From assembly GCA_037131675.1 (NCBI GenBank), contig JBAXQO010000004.1, positions 1 to 48,990 on the forward strand: 48,990 bases of DNA, in the 5' to 3' direction. Shown here one piece after another: positions 9,011 through 17,913 of this stretch (within the stretch, counting starts at the first letter, position 1; every line of letters begins with the position of its first letter). Origin of the DNA: a bacterium. Lineage in GTDB: Bacteria; Patescibacteriota; Minisyncoccia; Phycocordibacterales; CAIZIN01. A program made the position numbers and the translations under genes. Below the pieces are notes generated by a model, which searched no databases, was not told the DNA's origin, and saw only the letters and a list, made by a program, of their open reading frames with translations.

Positions 9011-9339
9011 AAAACATAAAATTCGCACCAGCTCTTGTTCCTCTTGTATTATCTGGAGAAAAAAACATAACATGGAGACTTTTTGATGATAAGGATCTTT
9101 CAGTTGGGGATGATTTGGAATTTATAAATGGAGATAGCGGTGAGGTTTTTGGACATGCCAAAATATTGAAAGTGTGGGAAAAAAAGTTGGGTGAAGTTGG
9201 TGATGAAGATTACGACGGACATGAAAAATTTGTAAGCAAAGAGGTTATGTTGGAAACCTACAGAGGTTATTATGGTAAAAGGGTGAGTGGTGAAACTCTC
9301 GTTAAGGTGATCACTTTTTTGTTTAATTCAAGTAAATAA
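9007..9339 (+). CDS. ASCH/PUA-like domain protein
   Basis: LVLSGEKNITWRLFDDKDLSVGD pattern of ASCH domains; overlaps the pyrG stop by 4 nt. Confidence 0.75.
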   Translation: MKNIKFAPALVPLVLSGEKNITWRLFDDKDLSVGDDLEFINGDSGEVFGHAKILKVWEKKLGEVGDEDYDGHEKFVSKEVMLETYRGYYGKRVSGETLVKVITFLFNSSK

Positions 9340-9425
9340 TACTAATTGTTTATTTTAGAGAATCCCCAGTTTAGGCTTAAACCGGGCTTTGAACTTATGT
9401 TCTCGCATTATATACTTGAGACTAT

Positions 9426-9989
9426 ATGATACAACCATACGCGGCTCGAACGCATGAAAAAATGAAAGAAGTTTTAATGAACCCTGAGGCTTATGGACCA
9501 GAACTACATTATTATATGATTCGTGGTGGGTCAGATAAAAAAAATATTACAGTTTGGGAAAGTGGAACTGTAGGAGGAGAATATATAAAAGCATACGGGC
9601 ATTATCACATTACAGATTTCAAAGAAATATATTGGATACTTGAAGGAGAGGGGATTTTGCTTTTGCAGATGCGCAAGAAGGATACAGGAGGAAATGATAT
9701 TGATGATCAAATTGAATCTTTTGAAGCAAGAAAGGTAAAGGCTGGAGATGTGATAGAGGTTCCTGCTTTTGCCGGTCATCTTTTGGTAAATACTGGCAAT
9801 ACATGGCTTGTGACTTCAGATGACAGTCCTGTGAATCTTGATGACTCTGCAAGTATGCCTGTCCACGCTGATTATGAAGTTGTGAAAAGGATGAAAGGTT
9901 TTGCTTACTATGTGGTAGAGAAAGATGGACAACCAACTTTAATTAAGAATCCTAATTATTCAGTAGTTCCAGAGGCTTTCATAAAATAA
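9426..9989 (+). CDS. Cupin-type (archaeal-like) glucose-6-phosphate isomerase family protein
   Basis: GGEYIKAYGHYH, EIYWILEGEG, VPAFAGHLLVNTG cupin motifs, HADYE. Confidence 0.75.
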   Translation: MIQPYAARTHEKMKEVLMNPEAYGPELHYYMIRGGSDKKNITVWESGTVGGEYIKAYGHYHITDFKEIYWILEGEGILLLQMRKKDTGGNDIDDQIESFEARKVKAGDVIEVPAFAGHLLVNTGNTWLVTSDDSPVNLDDSASMPVHADYEVVKRMKGFAYYVVEKDGQPTLIKNPNYSVVPEAFIK

Positions 9990-9994
9990 ATAAA

Positions 9995-11350
9995 ATGCTA
10001 GAAGAAAATCCTAAAGCATACATAGTGGCGGTGGATATGGGATACGGACACCAGAGGGCTGTTTTTCCACTTGAACACATTGCAGCTTTGCCAGAAGGTT
10101 GGGAGAATTTGCCTTCCGCAATAATTTCTGCAAATACATATCCTGGTATTCCAGAAAGTGATAAGCGTAGTTGGAAAGGAACCAGAACCTTATACGAGTG
10201 GATTTCTCGAATGAGAACTGTGCCTTTTATTGGTCCTGTCCTTTTTGGAGCGATGAATTATTTTCAGCGTATCGAACCTTTTTATCCAAAGCGCGATCTA
10301 TCAAAACCAACACTCCAAGTAAAACAAATATATAGAATGATAGAAAAAGGTTTTGGAAAAGATTTGATTGAAAAGTTGAATGAAAAGCCATTGCCTTTGA
10401 TTACTTCTTTTTTCATTACTGCATTTTTTGCAGAAGAACATGAATACGAAGGGGATATATATTGTCTTTGTACAGATACAGATATTTCTCGAGCATGGGT
10501 ACCATTCTATCCAAAGGAAAGTAGAATAATTTACCTCGCACCGACGCAGCGCGTGAAAGATAGACTTTTGCTTTATGGTGTTCGACCAGAAAAAGTTATA
10601 TTAACTGGGTTTCCTTTGCCAAAGGAATTGTTAGGTGGGGAGTCAGACCTTCAAGTGCTCAAAAGAACACTTTCTCGCAGAATAGTTAAACTTGACCCTC
10701 AGAAAAATTACGAAGAAAAATACAAAGCTTTAGTTTCAAAATATTTAGAAGAAGATACAGATTACGAAGGTTCTATTTCGCTCATGTTTGCCATTGGTGG
10801 TGCAGGCGCTCAGCTAGATGTGGGTATAAATATAATCACCTCATTACGTTCCCATATTGAGAGTAATAAAATAAAACTTAATTTAGTCGCAGGAACTTCT
10901 CTGTATGTATACGAGACCTTCAAAAAGAAAATTGAGGAACTTGGACTTCTTGAGAGTTATAAGAATGGTTCAATTTCAATTTTGTACAATCCAGAAAAGT
11001 TTGAATATTTTCGAGAGTTTTCTGCTCTACTTTTGGAAACAGATATTTTGTGGACAAAACCAAGTGAGCTCTCGTTCTATGCTGGGCTTGGTTTGCCAAT
11101 AATAATTGCACCTCCTCTTGGTTCACAGGAAGAATTTAATCGGGCATGGCTCTACTCTGTGGAGGCAGGAATCGACCAAGAAGATCCTCGCTATGTTTCA
11201 GAATGGCTTTTTAGTTGGATTTCCAACGGCAGGTTTGCAGAAGCCGCCATGAACGGATTTCTTAATTCTCCAAAACGAGGGGTCTACCACATCGAAGATT
11301 TGGTATTGCGTGGAGAAAAGAAAGAAATTGAACACATTCACTCTCTATGA
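9995..11350 (+). CDS. GT-B fold glycosyltransferase-like protein (UgtP/MGDG-synthase-like motifs)
   Basis: N-terminal DMGYGHQRA and C-terminal DILWTKPSELS...LGLPIII.PP.GSQEEFN resemble GT28-type nucleotide-sugar-binding motifs. Confidence 0.55.
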   Translation: MLEENPKAYIVAVDMGYGHQRAVFPLEHIAALPEGWENLPSAIISANTYPGIPESDKRSWKGTRTLYEWISRMRTVPFIGPVLFGAMNYFQRIEPFYPKRDLSKPTLQVKQIYRMIEKGFGKDLIEKLNEKPLPLITSFFITAFFAEEHEYEGDIYCLCTDTDISRAWVPFYPKESRIIYLAPTQRVKDRLLLYGVRPEKVILTGFPLPKELLGGESDLQVLKRTLSRRIVKLDPQKNYEEKYKALVSKYLEEDTDYEGSISLMFAIGGAGAQLDVGINIITSLRSHIESNKIKLNLVAGTSLYVYETFKKKIEELGLLESYKNGSISILYNPEKFEYFREFSALLLETDILWTKPSELSFYAGLGLPIIIAPPLGSQEEFNRAWLYSVEAGIDQEDPRYVSEWLFSWISNGRFAEAAMNGFLNSPKRGVYHIEDLVLRGEKKEIEHIHSL

Positions 11351-12246
11351 TAACTTCATTTATTTTTGCAATCGCTGGATACGCACTTCTTGCAATAGTT
11401 TCAATACTAGATAAATTTATTTTATCTGGATCTGTAAAAAAAATAACTGTTTACACTTTTTATTCCACAATATTTTTTCTAGCTGCATTTTTAATCTTGC
11501 CATTTTGCCAAGCTGTTAATGCGGGGGATTTGTGGTGGATGATTGGATCTGGCTTGGCATATGGTTTTGGGCTTTGGACCATGTTTATTGCTTTGGGGGA
11601 TGGTGAAGCGAGCCATATTATGCCTTTTGTAGGCGCTGTGGTTGCCATTGCGACGTATGGTTTGTCTTTGGCTATATTGGGCGAGGTACTAAGTTCTTCA
11701 GTTCAAATTGGCTTATGGCTCTTGGTAATGTCGTGTCTACTTTTATCTTTTGAGAAGAGTGAAAAGCACAACGGATTTCACAAAGGCTTTTTGTGGGCAA
11801 TTTTTTCGGGAATTCTTTTCGGTGTGTCATCTGTGTTTGCTAAACACATATACGGTGTTTATCCATTTATAACCGGTCTAGTGTGGACTAAAGGAACAGT
11901 AGGAATAGTCGGTTTGATTACTCTATTTATTCCAGGTACTTGGAAAGAAATCAACCGGTTGAGACACGAACCTCAATCAGATGAAAAAAACGGGTTTTCG
12001 ATTGTTTTTACATCTAAATTTTTAGGAATAATTGCGGTTGTTTTGGTTCAGTATGCTATTGCTTTAGGTAGTGTCACAATAGTAAATGCTCTGGCTGGGG
12101 TAGAGTATGTGCTCATGTTTGTTTTTATTTACATGATGACAAAATTCAAGCCAAAAGTATTTTCTGAATATTTTACAAGGAGGGAATTGTTGGTTGAGTC
12201 GAGTGCAATAGTTTTAACAGTTATCGGTTTGTTATTTTTGAAATAA
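11347..12246 (+). CDS. EamA/DMT-family transporter
   Basis: About 10 TM segments in two repeats; 4-nt overlap with the upstream gene. Confidence 0.75.
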   Translation: MITSFIFAIAGYALLAIVSILDKFILSGSVKKITVYTFYSTIFFLAAFLILPFCQAVNAGDLWWMIGSGLAYGFGLWTMFIALGDGEASHIMPFVGAVVAIATYGLSLAILGEVLSSSVQIGLWLLVMSCLLLSFEKSEKHNGFHKGFLWAIFSGILFGVSSVFAKHIYGVYPFITGLVWTKGTVGIVGLITLFIPGTWKEINRLRHEPQSDEKNGFSIVFTSKFLGIIAVVLVQYAIALGSVTIVNALAGVEYVLMFVFIYMMTKFKPKVFSEYFTRRELLVESSAIVLTVIGLLFLK

Positions 12247-12247
12247 A

Positions 12248-13252
12248 ATGCTTAAACGATTCGCTATACGTTTTGCCATAATTTTAGTTACATTATTTTT
12301 TGTTGCTTACGCTGCACTCTGGGCTACTTCATTTAAAAAATATCCGGTTTCATTTGGTATAAGTTTTAGTCCAGAATACGCTACGTCTCTTGGTTTAGAT
12401 TGGAAGGAAACCTACTTAGCAATGTTAAACGATTTGAAACCAAAATACATTCGCCTTGCTATTCCTTGGAGTAGAGTTGAAGCAAATAAAAATTCGTATA
12501 GGTTTGAAGATATAGACTACATGATGAATGAGGCATCAAAACATGATGTAAAAGTTTTGTTGGCTTTTGGGCAGAAAGTTCCGCGATGGCCAGAGTGCTA
12601 TATTCCCGATTGGATAAAAACTACACCTGCAAACAATAGAAAAGGTGAGCTACTTTCATATATTGAAAAAGTTATAGGAAGGTACAAAAATAATTCAGCC
12701 TTGGAATTGTGGCAGGTTGAAAATGAGCCATTCATAAAATTCGATTTTGGAGATTGTCAGGTGTTTGATAAAAATTCAATAGCTGAAGAAGTTGCTTTAG
12801 TAAAGAAGTTGGATACTTCTCATAGGGTGGTACTTACAGACAGTGGGGAACTTTCTACCTGGCAAGATGCTGCGAAAATGAGAGACGTGCTTGGTGTAAC
12901 AATGTATAGGACTGTGCGTACACCAGGAGGTTTTATTGTTAACTATGGTTTGGTGCCAGCAGCTTTCTACAAGGTGCGGGCTTTTATGTGGGGTAAAGAT
13001 TATAACGACTTTTTTGTTTCAGAACTTCAGGCTGAACCATGGTTCACAAATGGTACACCTACAAATACATCTATTGAAGTTCAGGAGCAAACAGCAAGTA
13101 TTGATCAATTATCAAAAAATATATCATATGCACAGTACGTAGGAGCCTCCCGTGCATATTTGTGGGGGGTGGAATGGTGGTATTGGATGAAGACAAAACA
13201 AAGCGATTCCAAATATTGGAATGAGGTCAAGGGGGTATTGGAAATGAAATAA
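12248..13252 (+). CDS. Membrane-anchored clan GH-A glycoside hydrolase (GH5/GH42-like)
   Basis: N-terminal TM; RLAIPWSRVE, WQVENEPF (acid/base Glu), VSELQAEPW (candidate nucleophile). Confidence 0.75.
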   Translation: MLKRFAIRFAIILVTLFFVAYAALWATSFKKYPVSFGISFSPEYATSLGLDWKETYLAMLNDLKPKYIRLAIPWSRVEANKNSYRFEDIDYMMNEASKHDVKVLLAFGQKVPRWPECYIPDWIKTTPANNRKGELLSYIEKVIGRYKNNSALELWQVENEPFIKFDFGDCQVFDKNSIAEEVALVKKLDTSHRVVLTDSGELSTWQDAAKMRDVLGVTMYRTVRTPGGFIVNYGLVPAAFYKVRAFMWGKDYNDFFVSELQAEPWFTNGTPTNTSIEVQEQTASIDQLSKNISYAQYVGASRAYLWGVEWWYWMKTKQSDSKYWNEVKGVLEMK

Positions 13253-13258
13253 TAAGTA

Positions 13259-13296
13259 AAACAAAAAACCTCGAATATATTCGAGGTTTTTTGTTT
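13259..13296. terminator. Bidirectional intrinsic terminator
   Basis: Perfect 38-bp palindrome AAACAAAAAACCTCGAATA/TATTCGAGGTTTTTTGTTT between convergent genes. Confidence 0.85.
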
Positions 13297-13312
13297 CCAT
13301 CATCTGGAAAAA

Positions 13313-13444
13313 CTATGCAACAACTTCAGGAGCTGCTTCAACTGCTGGAACTTCTGCGGGAGTCGCTTCTAGAGTAGCCTCGGTAACAACTGGAGCTTCT
13401 ACTGGAGTAACTTCACCTTCTACAACCTTTGTTTCTTCTGTCAT
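13313..13444 (-). CDS. Small acidic low-complexity protein (43 aa, not in ORF track)
   Basis: MTEETKVVEGEVTPVEAPVVTEATLEATPAEVPAVEAAPEVVA; ATG 13444 to TAG 13313; strongly biased codons (GAA, GTT, GCT/GCA); ends at the bidirectional terminator. Confidence 0.75.
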   Translation of the reverse strand: MTEETKVVEGEVTPVEAPVVTEATLEATPAEVPAVEAAPEVVA

Positions 13445-13588
13445 ATAGATAATATAAGTTAGATTCTGCTAAAACGACTCACGGAGTATACTATATGTAC
13501 TTCATATAGATAGGTTGATTTGTAGTACAACCGATTATTTACTATGTGGCAAGGACGTGGCTCGCTCATACTGTGGGTGATGTTGGCA

Positions 13589-14038
13589 CTATTTTTTTTC
13601 AAGAATATTTTTGAGTTCCATAATAACTGCTTTTTCCCAGTATCTCATCGAGTACCAGCGTATGAGTGGCACAGCAACTATGCGCAGCCATTTTTTATGA
13701 ATAGTCACTTGGTAGGTATAGTCAATCAAAGTTCCTTCGGAGTGTGGAGAAAGCAACAATTCCTCATGTCCAGAAGTTCCAAACTGATAGCTGTCATTAT
13801 CTGAGATAAATCCTTTCCCAGGAAGAATATGTGTTTTCATTTTTACTTTAAAGCTTTTCCCAAATGATTTTACAGTTGCCTCCATCTCGAGGTGGTCTCC
13901 TTCATGCTTTTTGATATCTACTGCTTCGGCGACTTTTGGAAAATACTTCGGCAAGTGTTCAAAGTCTGTCATTATTCTGAACACATCATCTATTGAAGCT
14001 TTAACAACCCATTGTTTGTGAAGTGTTATTTCATTCAT
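13589..14038 (-). CDS. SRPBCC/START-like (polyketide cyclase/dehydrase) family protein
   Basis: VKASIDDVFRIMTDFEHLPKYFP N-terminus and helix-grip pattern. Confidence 0.8.
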   Translation of the reverse strand: MNEITLHKQWVVKASIDDVFRIMTDFEHLPKYFPKVAEAVDIKKHEGDHLEMEATVKSFGKSFKVKMKTHILPGKGFISDNDSYQFGTSGHEELLLSPHSEGTLIDYTYQVTIHKKWLRIVAVPLIRWYSMRYWEKAVIMELKNILEKK

Positions 14039-14071
14039 TTTTATATTCTAACATTATTTTAGAATCAACAT

Positions 14072-14103
14072 AAAACAAAAACCCCACGTGAATGCGTGAG
14101 GTT
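14072..14103 (-). terminator. Minus-strand intrinsic terminator upstream of the SRPBCC gene
   Basis: On - strand AACCTCACG-cattca-CGTGGGGTT then TTTGTTTT; the G-U pair works only on the - strand. Confidence 0.6.
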
Positions 14104-14231
14104 GAAACGTTTGAAGTTTTACGTTTCTTTAATTTATAACAAGAACTATCTATCTAAGGTTCTCTGTGGCTTCATGCGACAAAGTTGAATGTATTTTTAA
14201 TATAGTTTTTACTATAAGTCAACAGGTTGTC

Positions 14232-14310
14232 TTGACACTTAATTACACTATAGTAATCTTCAGCTCAGGTCAGAAAAAAACTTGATCTTTCACAACCATC
14301 AACCCAGGAG
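14232..14310 (+). promoter_or_regulatory. Sigma70-type promoter and SD for lysA
   Basis: TTGACA 14232-14237, TAATCT 14254-14259 (16-nt spacer), AGGAG 14306-14310, 6 nt before the ATG. Confidence 0.55.
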
Positions 14311-14316
14311 TTATTT

Positions 14317-15633
14317 ATGTCTACATTGAGTAAATCATTCAGAGACTGTTTATATCCAGCACTACCTCAAATCATTCAACAATTCGGAACACCATTCCAC
14401 ATCTATCATGAAAGTGGAATTCGCCAAACCCTCAGAAAGTTGAAAGGGTCTTTTCCCAAGAACGAATTCCAGGAATTCTTCGCAGTGAAAGCACTGCCCC
14501 TATCCGCCATCATGCAGATCGTTAAAAGCGAAGGGTGCGGCTTTGATTGCAGTTCTATACCGGAGCTACGCTTAGCTCGAGCTGCTGGAGCATTGCCAGA
14601 GGACATCATGTTCACGGCGAACAACCCTTCCACAGAAGAACTCATGGAGGCACTCTCTTTTGGGGGATGCATCCTGAATCTCGACGGAATCGAGTTTATT
14701 GAAAAAGTCGAAGAAATTGGGCCCTTCCCAGAACTCATCTGCTTCCGCCTCAACCCAGGAAATCGCAAAACCGGTGATGAAGTAAACACCATTATTGGTA
14801 ATCCAGTGGATTCCAAATATGGTGTACCAATCGAGAAAATCGTAGAAGCGTACAGCCTAGCAAAAAAAGCTGGCGCAACACGTTTCGGTTTGCACACCAT
14901 GGTGTGTTCGAACGATCTCAACTACATCCATTTGGTTTCAACATACCGGTTACTCCTAGAAGTCGCTACGAAGCTCGAGGAAGAACTTGGAATCAAGCTG
15001 GAATTCGTGAACGTCGGAGGAGGCCTCGGCATTCCTTATCGGCCAGGCGAAAAAGAATTCGATCTTGAGGCATTTGCCCTTGAACGCAGTTGTCTTGGTG
15101 AAGAATTCATGCGAACACACGGATACTTGCCTAAACTCTATATGGAAAGCGGTCGCTATGTGACTGGCCCTCACGGAGTTCTTGTGAATCGTGTGATTAA
15201 CATCTACGAAAAATACAAAAACTTCGTTGGAGTCGAAATTGCAATGCCTGCCCTCATGAGGGTTGGTATGTATCCGGCGACAGCTTACCATCACTGCACA
15301 TTGCTTAATGCTGACGGATTAATGATCAAAGAAGGAAGTCGGCCGCTCACAAAAGTGACAATTGCTGGCTCAATCTGCGAAAATTGTGATGTGCTTGGAA
15401 GAGATATCGAAATGCCAGAACCTTGTGAAGGGGATCTTGTTATTACTCACTTCACAGGCGCCCACGGTTCAGCTATGGGATTCAACTACAACGGTCGTTG
15501 TCGCCCACAAGAACTGTTGATATGCAAAGATGGCACCGTCAGGCGTATCAGCAGAGCTGAAACATATGACGATCTCATCGCCAGGCAACTTGGTTTGAAT
15601 GGCTCCGAGCATGTCTTGGAGTTGGAATTGTAG
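14317..15633 (+). CDS. lysA: Diaminopimelate decarboxylase (PLP fold III)
   Basis: FFAVKAL (PLP Lys), FRLNPG, SKYG, VNVGGGLGIPY, MESGRYVTG, ICENCD, HGSAMGFNYNGR. Confidence 0.88.
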   Translation: MSTLSKSFRDCLYPALPQIIQQFGTPFHIYHESGIRQTLRKLKGSFPKNEFQEFFAVKALPLSAIMQIVKSEGCGFDCSSIPELRLARAAGALPEDIMFTANNPSTEELMEALSFGGCILNLDGIEFIEKVEEIGPFPELICFRLNPGNRKTGDEVNTIIGNPVDSKYGVPIEKIVEAYSLAKKAGATRFGLHTMVCSNDLNYIHLVSTYRLLLEVATKLEEELGIKLEFVNVGGGLGIPYRPGEKEFDLEAFALERSCLGEEFMRTHGYLPKLYMESGRYVTGPHGVLVNRVINIYEKYKNFVGVEIAMPALMRVGMYPATAYHHCTLLNADGLMIKEGSRPLTKVTIAGSICENCDVLGRDIEMPEPCEGDLVITHFTGAHGSAMGFNYNGRCRPQELLICKDGTVRRISRAETYDDLIARQLGLNGSEHVLELEL

Positions 15634-15654
15634 GACAAAAAAGTCCAACAATAT

Positions 15655-15689
15655 AAACCGTATTGTACGTGGATGCAGTACGGTTTTTT
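15655..15689 (+). terminator. Intrinsic terminator after lysA
   Basis: AAACCGTATTGTA-cgtgga-TGCAGTACGGTTT plus T-run. Confidence 0.7.
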
Positions 15690-15747
15690 CTTTATATTGG
15701 TTTCCAAGGTTTAACCTTACGAAGCTCAAAAACTTTTTATAGTACAA

Positions 15748-16068
15748 CTAATTAAATTCAAATAAAATATCTCTAAAATTTATAATTTTATTATTTTTAT
15801 CTAATGTAATCCCTTCTTTTTTATATAGAGCAAGACGTTTGTTTTTATACTTATCATTAATCCATATGCTGCCGTCAGAATATACAATTCTATGAAAAGG
15901 AATATTCTTTATTCCATTTGTATAAGCTTTACCTAAAATAGTGGTAATGCTCTGAGAAGCCATCGGTCCTGCACCAGCGGCACGAGCAATTCTGCCATAT
16001 GTAGTGACTCTACCTTTCGGAATTTCTAACGCCATTTTAATTACTCTTTCACTAAAAGTTTGTAGCAT
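15748..16068 (-). CDS. MGMT-family alkyltransferase-like (ATL) protein
   Basis: IPKGRVTTYGRIA HTH; IPFHRIV where active MGMTs have PCHRV. Confidence 0.85.
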   Translation of the reverse strand: MLQTFSERVIKMALEIPKGRVTTYGRIARAAGAGPMASQSITTILGKAYTNGIKNIPFHRIVYSDGSIWINDKYKNKRLALYKKEGITLDKNNKIINFRDILFEFN

Positions 16069-16128
16069 GGTGTTATTTTTTATGGTAAGGACGGTCCTTG
16101 ATGAAGGTTGAAAACTTTCTTCCGTTTT

Positions 16129-16386
16129 TCATATATTAGTTACTTCACCTTCTTCAAAGCAAGAATTAAATGTTTCTAGGTTTATTGTCCTAGAAACTGT
16201 ATTTCCGTATTGATTAGTAAAATCTCCTAAATTAACAAAGACAGATCCATTTTTTTCATAAACAAACTTAACAACATATTCTTCTCCCGAAAAAAGTACA
16301 AAACCTTTTTCTTCTAGTTCATTTTGTGATGTGAAATGATGACATTCAATTAAGACACGATATTTTTTATTTTCTATGATTTTCAT
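16129..16386 (-). CDS. Hypothetical protein (85 aa)
   Basis: Open frame with TATAAT (16399-16394 on - strand) 7 nt upstream of the ATG; no family recognised. Confidence 0.6.
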   Translation of the reverse strand: MKIIENKKYRVLIECHHFTSQNELEEKGFVLFSGEEYVVKFVYEKNGSVFVNLGDFTNQYGNTVSRTINLETFNSCFEEGEVTNI

Positions 16387-16451
16387 ACCTTATATTATAT
16401 CTCTATTTATAAAATAAACAGAATTAACACATCTCGAGCTGGCTAAAATTA

Positions 16452-16636
16452 GTTGCAAGACTTGGAATCTCTCCCTCGACTAAAAATTTTCCGTCGAAAA
16501 TTTTTGTCTGGGCACCGCCTCATGAAATTTTCTGCTGAAAATTTCTATTCCGGCGTTCGAGTCCAAGGCGAAAGTGCTCCCAGCACTTTCTTCCCGCAGC
16601 AAATAAAAAACGGCTCTATTGAGCCGTTTTTTATTT
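16452..16636 (-). repeat. tRNA-3'-associated structured element (Gln copy)
   Basis: 16-bp hairpin 16601-16636; antisense to the tRNA 3' end at 16592-16600 and 16556-16567, split by a 24-nt hairpin insert; AGCA-loop (16524-16545) and GACG-loop (16482-16505) hairpins; 13/16 direct copy of the tRNA end at 16454-16469. Confidence 0.88.
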
Positions 16637-16637
16637 G

Positions 16638-16708
16638 CTGCGGGACTTGGACTCGAACCAAGATACACGGTTCCAGAAACCGTAGTCCTACCATTAGACG
16701 ATCCCGCA
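16638..16708 (-). tRNA. tRNA-Gln(CTG)
   Basis: On - strand acceptor TGCGGGA/TCCCGCA, anticodon arm ACGGT-ttCTGga-ACCGT, GGTTCGAGTCC. Confidence 0.95.
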
Positions 16709-16835
16709 ATGAAGAATACAATACTAGAAAACTGCCTTTTTTTCAAGTGCTGGAAAATTTTTAGATTTGCTGGAAATAGAAAATATAAAAATGTATAATT
16801 ACTTCTTAACTTTATTTTTTGAAAACTTTTATTTT

Positions 16836-17771
16836 ATGACACTTGCACTTATTGCACCTCTAATACTTACTGTTTTAGGACTTACTCTTTTTGAAGTAAT
16901 AAATAGTGTAGATAATGCAGTGATTAATGCAGAAGTGCTTGGGAAAATGTCTCCGTGGGCAAAAAAGTGGTTTCTTGTTTGGGGAATTTTTCTGGCAGTG
17001 TTTGTTGTTCGTGGAGTCTTGCCGTGGCTAATTTTGTGGGGCTCGGTTCCTGGTATCGGTCCATGGGAAGCCTTTGTAGCTTCATTCAGTTCGGATCCTA
17101 GAGTTTTGGGTGCCGTAGAGATGTCCAAGCCTATACTGCTTTGTGGGTCTGGGTTGTTTCTTGTGTATCTTTTTTTACATTGGTTATTTTTGGAAACAAA
17201 AGAATTTGGTTTGGTGGGTGAAAAATTTATTGCACGGCATGGTGTATGGTTTTATACTGTTGCGTCTTTGGTGCTCGGAGTAGTGGTGTGGAAGACTATT
17301 CATATAAATCCTATGATGGCAGTGGGCGCTGTTATGGGTTCAACTGCATTTTTTCTTGTTCATGGTTTTAAAGAAAACGCCGAACGTGCTGAAGAAAGAA
17401 TGTTGGAAGGGGACAACAGTATGTCTGATTGGTCAAAAATTTTATATCTTGAAGCGATTGATGCGTGTTTTTCTGTTGATGGTGTACTGGGTGCATTTGC
17501 CTTCACAACTGCTGTCCCGCTTATTCTTATTGGAAATGGTATTGGTGTGTGGGTCGTGAGAAAACTTACAGTAAGTAATGTTGATACAATTAAGAAATTT
17601 GTTTTTCTGAAAAATGGAGCTATGTACTCGATTTTTTCTCTTGGAATCATAATGCTTGCTGAGGCGTTTGGTGCACATATTCCTTCATGGGTTTCTCCAG
17701 TTATTACATTTTGTGTTATTGGTTTCTTTTTGTTCAAGTCTGTTGCGGTTTTGAATTCACAAAAAGCATAA
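16836..17771 (+). CDS. DUF475 (TerC-like) integral membrane protein
   Basis: LFEVINSVDNAVINA, LEAIDACFSVDGVLGAFAFT, LKNGAMYSI. ATG 16836 preferred over the track start at 16767. Confidence 0.85.
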   Translation: MTLALIAPLILTVLGLTLFEVINSVDNAVINAEVLGKMSPWAKKWFLVWGIFLAVFVVRGVLPWLILWGSVPGIGPWEAFVASFSSDPRVLGAVEMSKPILLCGSGLFLVYLFLHWLFLETKEFGLVGEKFIARHGVWFYTVASLVLGVVVWKTIHINPMMAVGAVMGSTAFFLVHGFKENAERAEERMLEGDNSMSDWSKILYLEAIDACFSVDGVLGAFAFTTAVPLILIGNGIGVWVVRKLTVSNVDTIKKFVFLKNGAMYSIFSLGIIMLAEAFGAHIPSWVSPVITFCVIGFFLFKSVAVLNSQKA

Positions 17772-17913
17772 TAGGCAAGTGCTTGTAATTAGAATGATAT
17801 TTGAAGTTTGTGTTCGGTGATTGTATTGGTAGGTATTGTGGTGATATATGGAAAAGAGAAGGAAACACCTTCTCTTATTCCTGTATTATATGTTTTTCCA
17901 AAAGATTTATAAT

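Noticed and set aside
14260-14316. Lysine riboswitch upstream of lysA
   Set aside because: Only ~55 nt lie between promoter and start, too short, and no L-box motifs are present.
13300-16450. Classical integrase-bearing island at tRNA-Gln with a distant attR
   Set aside because: No integrase, and I found no further copy of the tRNA-Gln 3' end beyond the one inside the trailer element.
16453-16764. ORFs 16453-16764 (+) and 16480-16746 (-)
   Set aside because: They run through tRNA-Gln and its palindromic trailer; open frames arise from stop-poor repeats.
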